A stretch of DNA of 59,542 nucleotides. It comes from a virus (lineage: Duplodnaviria > Caudoviricetes). The notes under the pieces are model-generated. The model did not search any database, was not told the origin of the DNA, and was given only the letters and a program-made list of their open reading frames with translations. Shown here one piece after another: positions 37,801 to 46,788 of the stretch; position 1 is the stretch's first letter; each line of letters begins with the position of its first letter. The translations under genes and the position numbers were made by a program. Location of the stretch: positions 1-59,542 of the IMG/VR virus record IMGVR_UViG_3300008120_005569; one strand, written 5' to 3'.

Positions 37801-40514
37801 ATGGTGCAAAATTAAAAGACGATTGGGCTACTAAAAATTCAAGAGTATATGGGTTAGTGTTAGCAGCTGCTACTTTAAATTTAAGAAAAACAGCGTCTTC
37901 ACCAAGAAATGCGTCTACAATAATAGTTGGTGGTCCAACTTGGGATTCTTATGTAAATGGTAATTTCGATGGGACAGCTGCAAATGAAGCATATCCACTC
38001 AGTGAAGTAGCAATTAACAGTGAAACTGTACAAACACTAAAAGCATTAAAAACATTTGATTTTAAATACCCAAATCCATATGAAAGGTTCAGTGCTTTAA
38101 GTGCTTTGGGTGAAAATTTTAGAGAGGGTAACAGATCTTTATCAAATGGACCTGATATTGATGAATCTGCTAAAAATGTAAATCCATTATTAAAGTACAA
38201 AACAACACGATATAGTCAATTAGGTGAGACACGGAGTTCAAATGCTTGGTGGAGTGCTTCTCAACCAACTGACTTTAGAGATAAGATAATAGATGGTACT
38301 GAGTATTTTTCAACCGATCCAAGAGTTGTAAATTATAAAAAATATGGAGTGGAATTAAGAGGCGATGGTACTGGATTCGGTGACCCAGGTCTTCCTGGAT
38401 ATAGAAAGAATTTACCGTACATTAGCAATATACATTATACTTCGGGTCTTTCACGTGCAGCTGCGGACTCATTTGCGAGTGGCAGTAAACAAAATAATCA
38501 GCCTGCTAATAGAAAATATGGTGCATATCCAAATACTAAACCCGAAATACTTAAACGAGAACAGGCTGAAAGAGAGAATGGTAATCCAACAGCAACTTTC
38601 TTCAGAGGCGATAGAATAAACATAATAGATTGGAAGCGGTCTGAACAGAATATAAATGTTAATAATGTTTACGAAAAAACTTCACCGTATGGAAATCAAA
38701 TGTTAGGTTCACAAGACCTAATACAGTTTTACTTCTCAGGTGTAGATTTGATTGCTTCTGAAAATAAGCCAACTGAAGCTATAGTATTTCGTGCTTACAT
38801 CGATACTATTTTGGATAACCACAAACCAACGTGGACTCCAATTAAATATATTGGTAGAGCCGATCCTGTTTATTCTTATGACAGTTACGAAAGAGAAATA
38901 TCATTTGGATTCACAGTACATACAGGAACTCGTGACGAATTAAAAGCAACATGGCGTAAATTAAACATGCTTGCTTCATGGACTACACCTGACTATGTAG
39001 ATCCAGGATTTATGAAGGCACCTATATGTAGATTAAACATCGGTAATCTTTATCGTAAATTCCCAGGATTTATAAGTTCACTGACGTATACTTTTGATAA
39101 TACAATGACTACGTGGGAAACTGCAAAATTAGCTGAAGATTTAAATATATCAGATCGTAATATAGGACCATTATCAAAACCAGGTGCTTTGGAATTGCCA
39201 AAAACTATTTTAGTTCAATGCACATTTGTGACATTTAACATATACAGACCACAGTGGGATTGTGTGTTCTATTCATTATTCGATGATACAACGGGTGGAA
39301 CATCCGTTGAAACAGGTTTGGTTCCAAGGAGTGATGACCGTGTTAATTACTTCAGAACACATGATGATTTACCAGTTACACATCCTATGAACGCTTTATT
39401 GTGTGCGGTAATACCACCGCCACCACCTCCACCAGTTCCTAAAAAGAGAACAATAACAGCAGGTGGACCTGGAGGCGAAGCAACAACACCACCACCAACA
39501 ACACCGCCACCAACAACGCCACCACCTACAACCGCTCCTCCTAATTTGCCGGAGAAGATTTGTATTTGCAAAATAGATTTTTGCTTTGATGAGGACCGTG
39601 AAATAACTCCCGAATCAAGACGAGCAGTAATTCAAGTTGCAAATTGGTTAAATGAATGTCCGAATATACGTGTCAATGTAAAGGCGTATTGTTCAAGAGA
39701 GGCTGATAACTTTGCTTATAATAAATTGTTATCTATGGCAAGAGCTGTAACGGTATGTAATTTGCTTATAGAAGAATGTGGAATAGCTTCTAATAGATTG
39801 GTTCCCGTTGGTATGGGATTTGGTGATTACAAAGAGGCATACAAACCAGAATCTAAAAATAGATGGGCAAAACAACAGAATAGACGAGTTATATTTGAGA
39901 TAATAGAAGGAGCTGATTCTTGTAACTATAAACCAAGTTTTGACTGTAACCCAGAACTACCCGAATGCGATAAGTCAGAATACTGTTACAGAAAAGATGG
40001 TACTAAGTTTTGGAGAGTTGGTCCACATTACTTCACAGGTAATAGATTTATAGAGGAGGGTGGAAAGAGTGTCGGTGAAACATACACAGGATGGCCAAAG
40101 AGCACTGGCCCAATACGTCCTCCAGGATTAAGTATCGGGGCGTTCAACTCCAAAACTAAATTAGAATTACCGTTTGCAGCCGATTTAACAAAGAGACTTG
40201 CTTGGCATAAATCATATAGAATACAAAATCCAGACGAGACTCAAGGCGTTGCTCAACAAACATATAACGTTTGGTTCGATCCATTATTAGATGCTAAACA
40301 GCATTTTCAATTGGAAGGTACTTCTGAAAAACCTGTGATAACAATTTCGGGTGGTGATACACCAATAGATATTTGGCGTCGTAGATATAATAGAGATACC
40401 AACATAAAGAATACAAAAGGAAAACAAACACACGTCAACACTGGATTTTCGGGTAAAAAGAAAGGTGAAGATGGATTGGATAATGTGACATACATAATAA
40501 ATCCAAATAAGTAA
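31836..40514 (+). CDS. Giant (2892 aa) baseplate/tube-initiator-like protein with GFH repeats and C-terminal OmpA-like domain
   Basis: Tube-like segment FRAYID...W....YIGRADPVYSYDSYEREISFGF...RLNIGNLY...GFISSLTYT (~38715-39240); Pro linker; OmpA-like YNKLLSMARA...NRRV. Lies between TMP and LysM genes. Confidence 0.7.
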   Translation: MSLLDLKSDLSKYRWKGPGAPVDPSSKTPRATSYGDNFGSFQPISNTFIKSGNLPKVVQPKEVDLIGKLDDTRLDNIVTDMRESQLVQRLENTRLDDIQKPQNRNILINAVSSLSPQAKDDVTNQFNRITTEDVTSELAKINQDISQTNITKSDVVVLKSTTAGENNTRSNVDIIKSDNQRGNVRDPNVVINRTPLFINREAQSAVIIKDLRTTTDNITDPGTPVNKVVQTVDRQNQSPSINTYNDLNGSIVNLETNNLVDDTQFDIVGTPSRYNTDSKLVLKQRATIDTTRYDQVSDILGAPSNLNLDDVSETNPSGRHNTDRNTELSNKNGQEIDFFPNTNAEGFTNKVQSGVTEYDLDSSVLGFDGVTEANYFDITNRFTTEGFHAFAQTREDTKFKDGASEFDWDKNVPLSDYFDTNRTYTRSGFHSFAQTGEATKYKVESSIFDWDGVRTQSPSVNYFDLTNRYTTDGFHNFAVEYDTKYIVGSSRFDWDGLRGSAPSTNYFDVANISTFRGFHNFAITKEPTSYQTRLLGSSLVLTDNASLLDWDGLTVPTVNFFDLTNRSTFRGFHAFATTREATSYQTSLIGSSLVLTNNASFLDWDGTVNNVPTVNFFDQNNLRTFRGFHSFATTLEPTSYQNVRVGTAFTLRTNATVFDWNGVRVNAPAVNFFDQNNIRTFRGFHTFAQTLEPTSYQTNAIGTTLALRPNATVFDWNGIRVNAPAVNFFDLTNLHTFRGFHTFSTTLEPTSYIQGASFLDWDGLRAAAPAVDFFPSYAVPRGFHTFAREYDTSYRNIQLGLTSVLDPFASFLDWDSPFLINTPQQPGAPAVNFFDLTNRSTTRGFHLFAQTGEPTSYRIQRLGQGGFGLDPNASFLDWTGGRQNAPTVNYFANWPAGPTTRGFHAFAQQAEPTSFATVQSGNVIALRANTSRFDWNGSSTFAPAVDFFPSYAVPRGFHTFARTFDTSYRTTQVGLTSVLDPFASAFDWDSPFLVNTAQQPGAPAVNFFDLANRSTTRGFHTFSQTGEPTSYQTRRLQGGGFGLTDNASFLDWNGGRQNAPTVNFFDPNNINTLAGFHSFATTRQNTRYNTGTIGNNLLAPGATTFDWNGLRNNAPAVNFFDLNNVSTTRGFHTFADLSGGTTAYRLAVGFNPVLGGSVNFLAPGATNFDWDGLDPYSIRTTNFFGFTNTTRFGFMVNMSQFDGTAYPIINPRFNANILRIQGVGQRAQRFGLTTFRQLLQPLQTSNLEQFAPATFGGKTISGFRSTLDIQTPAVILQKFNLNVATNRVRINPTAPGFTKRYTSGGGVDIRPSTVDGTIESWANSNSLPLQVPFSGNQSDTLIERLQKKYRLRDEAYNTDIFGLRQPFVDDSLHGPESVSMFPFDDGLVRGGIVNNTISALLDSVRIGKFLLSGRGILFNIKQSGLQAMNPNVDKPTANNPIDSFLNLPSIISTKAPSQFYNPLSIPRNVLEVGPLGNRYARHGIMMDGVFGRYERVAIDRALNSDKYSYFDEFSDSADNNYNRLIGLVKELLPNSYDPIRQNTLPKQNTQLEINRISSSHGGPGSLLGFFGTTINRATHPFKIVNSTNYIPEQVNVTLGLDREVFFSARYDSGNRQTDTYSEMLLRQIEKYDGDMHGLILDAAMLSITQVAPSPRNASTTADSQLYTPSFSDSRKNKINSADSKIQLITRQRIGASKVFDFKKPTTTERFKAINGGYIPYRDKNESIFDEIFFVGSKNKKTYYDRLFGETDGESTKYGNAYGVMLGSTVGIVSSGLLPKFVDGRQIIDKTEFKVPLNKYDKRRIEELDVFGFKQIPIKERGRRVISENITPRKDLLELASETFFTSNLIRSDVNLISRFSYGDYLLGRLPDGETQQVVLNPQDQNEFSLGILGSLTLNQKLEGIHRKFEGDVVIEAEYNKIPINDKTKTLIEKLKPFEFIPPTVNSRYKAVTSENAYREGENLYSEMYFGSAKSKYDVLVGKTVDKLSYGAKLKDDWATKNSRVYGLVLAAATLNLRKTASSPRNASTIIVGGPTWDSYVNGNFDGTAANEAYPLSEVAINSETVQTLKALKTFDFKYPNPYERFSALSALGENFREGNRSLSNGPDIDESAKNVNPLLKYKTTRYSQLGETRSSNAWWSASQPTDFRDKIIDGTEYFSTDPRVVNYKKYGVELRGDGTGFGDPGLPGYRKNLPYISNIHYTSGLSRAAADSFASGSKQNNQPANRKYGAYPNTKPEILKREQAERENGNPTATFFRGDRINIIDWKRSEQNINVNNVYEKTSPYGNQMLGSQDLIQFYFSGVDLIASENKPTEAIVFRAYIDTILDNHKPTWTPIKYIGRADPVYSYDSYEREISFGFTVHTGTRDELKATWRKLNMLASWTTPDYVDPGFMKAPICRLNIGNLYRKFPGFISSLTYTFDNTMTTWETAKLAEDLNISDRNIGPLSKPGALELPKTILVQCTFVTFNIYRPQWDCVFYSLFDDTTGGTSVETGLVPRSDDRVNYFRTHDDLPVTHPMNALLCAVIPPPPPPPVPKKRTITAGGPGGEATTPPPTTPPPTTPPPTTAPPNLPEKICICKIDFCFDEDREITPESRRAVIQVANWLNECPNIRVNVKAYCSREADNFAYNKLLSMARAVTVCNLLIEECGIASNRLVPVGMGFGDYKEAYKPESKNRWAKQQNRRVIFEIIEGADSCNYKPSFDCNPELPECDKSEYCYRKDGTKFWRVGPHYFTGNRFIEEGGKSVGETYTGWPKSTGPIRPPGLSIGAFNSKTKLELPFAADLTKRLAWHKSYRIQNPDETQGVAQQTYNVWFDPLLDAKQHFQLEGTSEKPVITISGGDTPIDIWRRRYNRDTNIKNTKGKQTHVNTGFSGKKKGEDGLDNVTYIINPNK
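32838..35443 (+). repeat. Tandem protein repeat array: 15 complete + 2 degenerate units of ~41-64 aa
   Basis: Consensus AP(A/T)VNFFD-x5-T-x-GFH-x-FA...T(S)Y...F(L)DW(D/N)G, including a 522-bp three-unit duplication (34137 vs 34659). Confidence 0.92.
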
Positions 40515-40537
40515 TATTTTAATTATAGGTGATATTT

Positions 40538-40870
40538 ATGGTAAAGAGATACCAAGATTCAAGATTATTGGAAAATATAAAGAAAATCGATTCACAGGGA
40601 AAAGAATACCACGTGAGACGTTTATCAACAATAATGTATCCCGAATTTCTAACTGATAATGATACTCAAATAATATCACAAGATGGTGATAGATTAGATC
40701 TTTTAGCAAAGGAATTTTACGGAGACGAAACTCTTTGGTATGTTATTGCAAGAGCAAATAATTTAGGAAAAGGCAGTATGTATGTTCCACCTGGCGAAAT
40801 AATACGAATACCATATGAAGACGCTATGGGTATTTCAGAAATAATGACGGAGTTCAATAGGAGTAGATAA
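40538..40870 (+). CDS. LysM-type baseplate wedge protein (gp53/gpX-like)
   Basis: GDRLDLLAKEFYGDETLWYVIARANNL...PGEIIRIP; AGGTG RBS before ATG 40538. Confidence 0.88.
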   Translation: MVKRYQDSRLLENIKKIDSQGKEYHVRRLSTIMYPEFLTDNDTQIISQDGDRLDLLAKEFYGDETLWYVIARANNLGKGSMYVPPGEIIRIPYEDAMGISEIMTEFNRSR

Positions 40871-40872
40871 GT

Positions 40873-43800
40873 ATGCCATACTATGAATCACCCGTAAATC
40901 GTTACATAAATCCGTTTTATTTAGAAGTATTTCCCGATATTAGAGTAGAAATGGAAAGTAGGGCTGGTGCCTACGCTTCAGAGGTACGCAGTACCAACAC
41001 CAAAAGCATATCATGGCCTTATCAAAAGATGCCTTGGGCACACATAACTGCCTATTATTGGGAAAACAAACAAAGAAAGGAATTTAAAATTGGTTTTGAA
41101 GAAGATAAAATAGGCAATTTAAATTCAAATGAACGTGGTAAATTATCTTTGTATGGGGAACAACGTAATCAACCAAAATATCCATTAGTGACTGGAATAG
41201 ATATTTCAAATCAAGGTTTACGTGGATCTTTGCTAAAGGGTAAATTCTCATTTGTATTTTTTCCCGAATTAACTTTGACGGGATTCGAGTTAGAAACCAT
41301 GCAACGAATATTGTTTACTCCTGGAAATGAAGTGCAAATAGCATTTGGTTGGAGTGAATATGCGGAAATTCCCGAAGTCAATAGTTTAGAATTTAAGGGC
41401 ATAATTTATGGATTTAATTGGTCATTCAATACCAACCTATCAATTTCAGCTGAAGTAGATATTGTTTCAGTAACCACTATTGCATTGGGGTTATCAGGTG
41501 ATCAGACAGTAGTTGAAACCGATCAAACTGATATTGTTAAATTAAATGATCCATTTTCAACGGAAATAAAAGGATTGAATCTAATATCTGTTATAGATAA
41601 AGACTTATCAATACAAACACAAACTCTAAAACAGGGTGAAATATCATATTATCCACTTGATAAAACACCATCAAAGTTGATGGATTACTTTGCTATATGT
41701 TTGCCATCGAGTGAAGTTGAAGAATTAGAACAGATAGTTATTAACATAACAGGTTCCGATGGTGGTGGTGGAACAGAAACAACGCCTACAGATGATGGTG
41801 TGATTGAAGGCGCTCCAACTGAAGGTGGTATAGTTGACGCTATTAAAAACGCATTCGGGTTTGGTGAGGGTGAAGAAAAGAAAAAGGGAAATGGTTATGA
41901 TTTAACAAAAGTAGATCCATTGGATTATGTGAATCAACACTTTTTTGTTCAAAATTCTAAGGAAGTTAACGAAGGAAAATTCACATATCATGTTACAAGT
42001 AGATATGGTCATTTTGCTAAACAGCATTTAAAAGATGATGATCCAAATAAAAAAGACGGAAATTATCCGGGTAAAAGTAATGATAATCAAACCTTTTCGA
42101 TACCAGAAACAGACATCGGCAAATCGAGTATAATAATATTAAAAGTAAAACCAAATTTCAAAGATACAGTTAAAGCTGTGTTAAAAGAAATAGCTATATC
42201 AAACCCAACCGTTGGTCCAGGTGGTAGTGATGATTATGGAAATTGGTCTTACGATAACTCAGGAACATTTAGAGTTTTAGATGTACAAAGAAATATTGCA
42301 GACTTTAAAGATAGTAATTATACAACTGGTGATGTACTGTACAAGGCTGGGTTTCAACCACGTTTAAGGACGGCTGGTGCAGTGTCTACACTTGGGTTAA
42401 GTGCATTTGTTAAAAGACTTAGTGACTATCAAGAAGATGGTGAACAGGAATATTACATAAAAATAGCTTATATGCCAAAACGCTATACCAAAAGCGAAAA
42501 GGCAAGAATAGCATTTTATTTTGAATTTTATAATCAATCTAACAACTTATTTCAAGGTGAATGGGTAACTATCCATTTAGAAGGGAAAACGAAGTCAATA
42601 GAAAGGTCTGATACGGTTGATTTTGGTAAACAAAAAATAAAAACAAATAGCAACCCAAGACCAATACAAATAAAAGTTGGCAAAGATAATGATAAACTTT
42701 TTTCAAGAATAGCACCTAAAGATGGATATTATATCGATGGTAAAAATGCTTCTGCTTTTAGTATTGTAAAATTTGAAAACAATACTATATCTAAAAATAA
42801 AGAAACGGAAGATACATTTTTTATACAGTTTTCTCCAAAAACTGAGGGGGATAAAGAAGCTGTTTTACGTATAAGAGTTGAAAATTTTAACACCAAAGGT
42901 CAATTTCAAACAACAACTTTCATGGAAAAGCGATTAGTTGGTAGAGCGGTTAAAACGGATGCTGAAGTGGATTCATTTGAAGGTGGTATAAAAAAAGAAA
43001 CAGATGCAACAGTTGATCCAAATGCAACAAATAATACACCGATAGAAACAGCAACACCTGATGGAACAACGCCTGATGGAACAACACCAGATGGGACAGC
43101 ACCTAATGGGGCAACACCCGATGGAACAACCGAACCAATTGTTGTTCGTGATAAGATTTTTTGGTATGTTAGATTGGGTTCATTAGTAAACTTTGCAAAT
43201 ATATTAGTATCAAGGTTTGAAGAAGACAATGTGGATAAAGATCTATTTTATAGTCTATTTACAATGCAGGCTTTCAATAATGAAACACAATACAACCCAT
43301 TAGTTAAATCTGCAAATCCTATAGATGTATTTTTCCCAGATAAAAATATGGGTGCATACGGCAGTATAGTACCATTCAATTCAGAAGGAACAAACCTTGT
43401 CGGTGAAAATCAAGATAATAACCAATTTTTACGTCATTTCGGTAGATGGAATTCCGAAAAGAACATTAGAGAAACAAGAGTGGAATCCGATGTTATTAAC
43501 CTTGGAAACATTTTAATCGGTGTTGATGTTATAAAAAGAATATACGGTACTTTTATTGATGATGGTGGAAAAAATATATCATTCAAAAACATAACAAAAT
43601 TTTTCGATGAAATATTAGGTTTGGTGAGTGCTGCTACAGGTGACATATATGAATTGACAGCTATACTTTTTGACGAACCCGAATCACTTGTAAAATCAAA
43701 ATTTGGTTACGGCTTTTCAGAAAAAAGACAAAGGGCTATATTATCAATAGAAGATACCAATTTGGCAAAAAAGGTAACACAATTAAACGGAGTTGATACT

Positions 43801-44415
43801 GTAGAACCGTTTTGGTTTGACGCAACCGTTATACGCCCGTTATTACGTAATGTGACTGTTGTTTCAAGACCATCAAAAGAGATGGCATCCGCTGCTTACA
43901 TAGCAGCAAGAGGTGGTACTGCGTTAATAAGTGGTCAAGGTGACGGTGCTGGAATCGTTAACTTGGACAACCAACTTAATTTGGGTGGGTATACTAACAT
44001 AAAAGAATATAGAGACGAATATAAAAAGACATTAGAAGAAATGCAGACTGCTGAAAGGACATTAGCAAGTTCAGGATGGAACTCAGCGTGGTCAGAAACA
44101 TATAGGGGATCACTCATAAAATACAAAAGATTGGCTTCAGGACTTCCACCCGATGAAGTTACCGATGCACATTGGTTGAATAAAGCTATCTACCCTATAG
44201 AATTTAGTGCAACAATAGATGGTATAAATGGTTTTAAATTCGGTGATGTTCTCAAAACATCACTTATACCCAAACACTACAATGAAGCATGGGATATAAC
44301 GTTTACAGTAACTAAAATAACACATAAAGTAACTCCTAGCACTTGGGAAACAACATTACAAACAGCTGCTAGATTAAGTCAATATGCACCTGGTTATGGA
44401 GATGAATCAAAATGA
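40873..44415 (+). CDS. Baseplate hub-like protein with central insertion (Ig/ASH-like domain, TPDGT linker)
   Basis: PGNEVQIAFGWS...GIIYGFNWS near the N-terminus and TIDGINGFKFGD...VTKITHKV...WETTL at the C-terminus; follows LysM. Confidence 0.65.
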   Translation: MPYYESPVNRYINPFYLEVFPDIRVEMESRAGAYASEVRSTNTKSISWPYQKMPWAHITAYYWENKQRKEFKIGFEEDKIGNLNSNERGKLSLYGEQRNQPKYPLVTGIDISNQGLRGSLLKGKFSFVFFPELTLTGFELETMQRILFTPGNEVQIAFGWSEYAEIPEVNSLEFKGIIYGFNWSFNTNLSISAEVDIVSVTTIALGLSGDQTVVETDQTDIVKLNDPFSTEIKGLNLISVIDKDLSIQTQTLKQGEISYYPLDKTPSKLMDYFAICLPSSEVEELEQIVINITGSDGGGGTETTPTDDGVIEGAPTEGGIVDAIKNAFGFGEGEEKKKGNGYDLTKVDPLDYVNQHFFVQNSKEVNEGKFTYHVTSRYGHFAKQHLKDDDPNKKDGNYPGKSNDNQTFSIPETDIGKSSIIILKVKPNFKDTVKAVLKEIAISNPTVGPGGSDDYGNWSYDNSGTFRVLDVQRNIADFKDSNYTTGDVLYKAGFQPRLRTAGAVSTLGLSAFVKRLSDYQEDGEQEYYIKIAYMPKRYTKSEKARIAFYFEFYNQSNNLFQGEWVTIHLEGKTKSIERSDTVDFGKQKIKTNSNPRPIQIKVGKDNDKLFSRIAPKDGYYIDGKNASAFSIVKFENNTISKNKETEDTFFIQFSPKTEGDKEAVLRIRVENFNTKGQFQTTTFMEKRLVGRAVKTDAEVDSFEGGIKKETDATVDPNATNNTPIETATPDGTTPDGTTPDGTAPNGATPDGTTEPIVVRDKIFWYVRLGSLVNFANILVSRFEEDNVDKDLFYSLFTMQAFNNETQYNPLVKSANPIDVFFPDKNMGAYGSIVPFNSEGTNLVGENQDNNQFLRHFGRWNSEKNIRETRVESDVINLGNILIGVDVIKRIYGTFIDDGGKNISFKNITKFFDEILGLVSAATGDIYELTAILFDEPESLVKSKFGYGFSEKRQRAILSIEDTNLAKKVTQLNGVDTVEPFWFDATVIRPLLRNVTVVSRPSKEMASAAYIAARGGTALISGQGDGAGIVNLDNQLNLGGYTNIKEYRDEYKKTLEEMQTAERTLASSGWNSAWSETYRGSLIKYKRLASGLPPDEVTDAHWLNKAIYPIEFSATIDGINGFKFGDVLKTSLIPKHYNEAWDITFTVTKITHKVTPSTWETTLQTAARLSQYAPGYGDESK
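43054..43128 (+). repeat. 15-bp coding repeat (TPDGT x5, degenerate)
   Basis: Translates as TPDGTTPDGTTPDGTAPNGATPDGT. Confidence 0.85.
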
Positions 44416-45077
44416 CAGGTAGAAAACGAACATATTATAGTCAAGAACAAATACAAAAGAATCTTTTTACAAAGGGTAAGCAATGGATGACGCTTGATGA
44501 TTGGAAAGAATACGTTGGGTTTTATCACAAATATTCTACTGGAGAAGTATTTACTGAAAGAGATTGGATTCCTAATGTATCTATGAAATTGGTGCCTTAT
44601 AGAGACCGTTCTGAAAGTTATTTCAAATATGCTGACTTGAAGGAATACAAAAATATAAGTGGCAACAAAATGAAAATAATAGGCAATTCTATTACAGAAA
44701 TGGGAAATTTTAGAACACCCGTCCCTAGTAAAAAGCCACCAACTCGTGATGATTTTGCAAGAGGAAAAATGCAAAGATATTTTATCTATAAAAGAAATGA
44801 AATAAATAGAGTGTTTTTTGAAATTGACTCAACACAAGCTTCCAATTATGAATCAAAAAGATACGGTATAAATCAAACACTTTATGGGTTTGAAACTATA
44901 ACTTGGAAATTGACCGGTCCTGAGTTCGATGAATATTATAAAGGTATATTATACACACCGGGTGTGGTTGATACCAATTCTAGAATTATCTTGAAAATGT
45001 CAAATAAATTTCCTATATTTGAAAGGATTCTAACCGATCCAAAAGAGTACACGGTATATGATGAAAATTACCAATAA
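44412..45077 (+). CDS. Hypothetical protein (baseplate operon)
   Basis: ATGA overlap with the hub gene; 221-aa ORF. Confidence 0.7.
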   Translation: MTGRKRTYYSQEQIQKNLFTKGKQWMTLDDWKEYVGFYHKYSTGEVFTERDWIPNVSMKLVPYRDRSESYFKYADLKEYKNISGNKMKIIGNSITEMGNFRTPVPSKKPPTRDDFARGKMQRYFIYKRNEINRVFFEIDSTQASNYESKRYGINQTLYGFETITWKLTGPEFDEYYKGILYTPGVVDTNSRIILKMSNKFPIFERILTDPKEYTVYDENYQ

Positions 45078-45092
45078 ATCAAAAGTATCTAT

Positions 45093-46313
45093 ATGTTTCA
45101 AGAAAAACCATGTGTATGTGTTCCTCTAATATCAAATCCGAATAAACATCCATCCGAAAGTAGTATAATAGGATTGTATGTTGCATTTTCAGACGGAACA
45201 GATGAATACGTAAACCTGACACATCCCGATGAATTGGATTCCAATGTTAATTTTATTGAAATACAATTCCACCCAAAGTCATTAGTTTTCAATAAAAAGG
45301 CAATGCTTTATAATGGTCATGGGGGTGGGATTGATTTAAACTCATATTTACATTATTACACGGGTGATAATATAAACTCAAAAGAGTTTTACCCGAAAGG
45401 TATGGAAATTCTATGTAATAAGTTTTTCAGAATACAAGAATTGGGTCATATAATACCACTTGCTATTCAATTAGAATGGGCAAAAAAGATTGCAGAATAC
45501 GTTTTGAGATTGAAACCATTTGACGATGGATATGTGATAACTAAAGATTGTATTGATTATTGTAATGACTTCACTAATGTATTTTATGAGATAGAGAAAA
45601 ATGAAATTATTGTCGGTGATGAAACTAAGAAACAAAATTATATGTGGTATACTGCAACAAGTAGACCCAGTAACTCTTGGGATGGTTTCAATTTCTCTGC
45701 TATGAATAAAAAAGATGGTACACGGAATAAAATACGTTCAAGGTTTAGTGGTGGTAAGATAGTTCAATTTGATTATGATGCCTTTCATATTAAATTGTTG
45801 GCAAAGATATTAGAATATAAATTTGAAAGACATCCGTATGAACAAATACGTGAAGAATTAAATATAAACATGGATTACGATGAGTTCAAATCCAAAATAT
45901 TTCAAAATATTTACGGTAATATAACATACGAATTTATGAATCATCCATTTTTTCAGTCAATACAAGCAGTAATTGATGACTTATGGTATCAATATGAATC
46001 CAATAGTAAGGTAGAATCACATTTTTATGGCAAACTATTCCGAGATATTAAGGATGAAACACCTAATAAAATTTTCAATTATGTGCTTCAATCGTTGGAA
46101 ACGGAGTATAATGTTAAAAAAATAAAGGCTATCCTATCATTATTGAAAGGCAAACGGTCTGTTTTTATGTTATATCTATACGATGCTTTTGTTTTCGATA
46201 TACACCCCGATGAAATGGGTTTAATAGACGATTTAACAAGTGCCTTACAAACAGATAATATGTCAATAAAAATTTACATTGGAGACACTTTTGGGGATAT
46301 TAAACAAATTTAA
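45093..46313 (+). CDS. Truncated family-A DNA polymerase-like protein (no thumb, degenerate exonuclease)
   Basis: TATSRPS (TxTGRLS), FDYDAFHIKLL (motif A), KSKIFQNIYG (motif B), FNYVLQS, LYLYDAFVFD (motif C). Confidence 0.75.
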   Translation: MFQEKPCVCVPLISNPNKHPSESSIIGLYVAFSDGTDEYVNLTHPDELDSNVNFIEIQFHPKSLVFNKKAMLYNGHGGGIDLNSYLHYYTGDNINSKEFYPKGMEILCNKFFRIQELGHIIPLAIQLEWAKKIAEYVLRLKPFDDGYVITKDCIDYCNDFTNVFYEIEKNEIIVGDETKKQNYMWYTATSRPSNSWDGFNFSAMNKKDGTRNKIRSRFSGGKIVQFDYDAFHIKLLAKILEYKFERHPYEQIREELNINMDYDEFKSKIFQNIYGNITYEFMNHPFFQSIQAVIDDLWYQYESNSKVESHFYGKLFRDIKDETPNKIFNYVLQSLETEYNVKKIKAILSLLKGKRSVFMLYLYDAFVFDIHPDEMGLIDDLTSALQTDNMSIKIYIGDTFGDIKQI

Positions 46314-46362
46314 TTTTATATTTATATGTAAGTAGATATTTTGAAGATTAGAGAGAAAGGTA

Positions 46363-46752
46363 TTGAAGACACAATTGGTATGCACCTTTACAAAAAAATA
46401 CCAAACGGAAGATACGGTAAATGAAATAAAAAACAATTTTTCGTTATTTAATAACAAAATTTTTATGTTCAAGCCGTTGGAGGTAAAAGAAGATTTTATG
46501 CTGTCCTATAATGTTATTATGGACTCATATAAGAAGTTTTTACCAAATTCCATTATGGTTCATCAAAAACGAGAAACCAATACAATATACACCATAAATG
46601 CTTTAAACGAATTGATAATGAATCTTAACAATGGAATATTGGATAAGACTTATAAAATTGAATGGGAGCGTTATAAAAACTGTGCTTTATTGAAAAATAA
46701 GGATGGGTTTAGAGTAGTTAAAATTATTTTAGTTAAGGTATATTCTTTTTAA
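46363..46752 (+). CDS. Hypothetical protein
   Basis: TTG start with AAAGGT RBS; QLVCTF...VHQKRETNTIYTINALN; preceded by ATATTTAT. Confidence 0.7.
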   Translation: MKTQLVCTFTKKYQTEDTVNEIKNNFSLFNNKIFMFKPLEVKEDFMLSYNVIMDSYKKFLPNSIMVHQKRETNTIYTINALNELIMNLNNGILDKTYKIEWERYKNCALLKNKDGFRVVKIILVKVYSF

Positions 46753-46788
46753 TGTACATATTTATAGCGTATAATATTTGGTGTTATT

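Noticed and set aside
40532-40539. ATATTTAT copy before the LysM gene
   Set aside because: It overlaps the ATG itself and is adequately explained as the spacer after an AGGTG RBS; not counted as a promoter.
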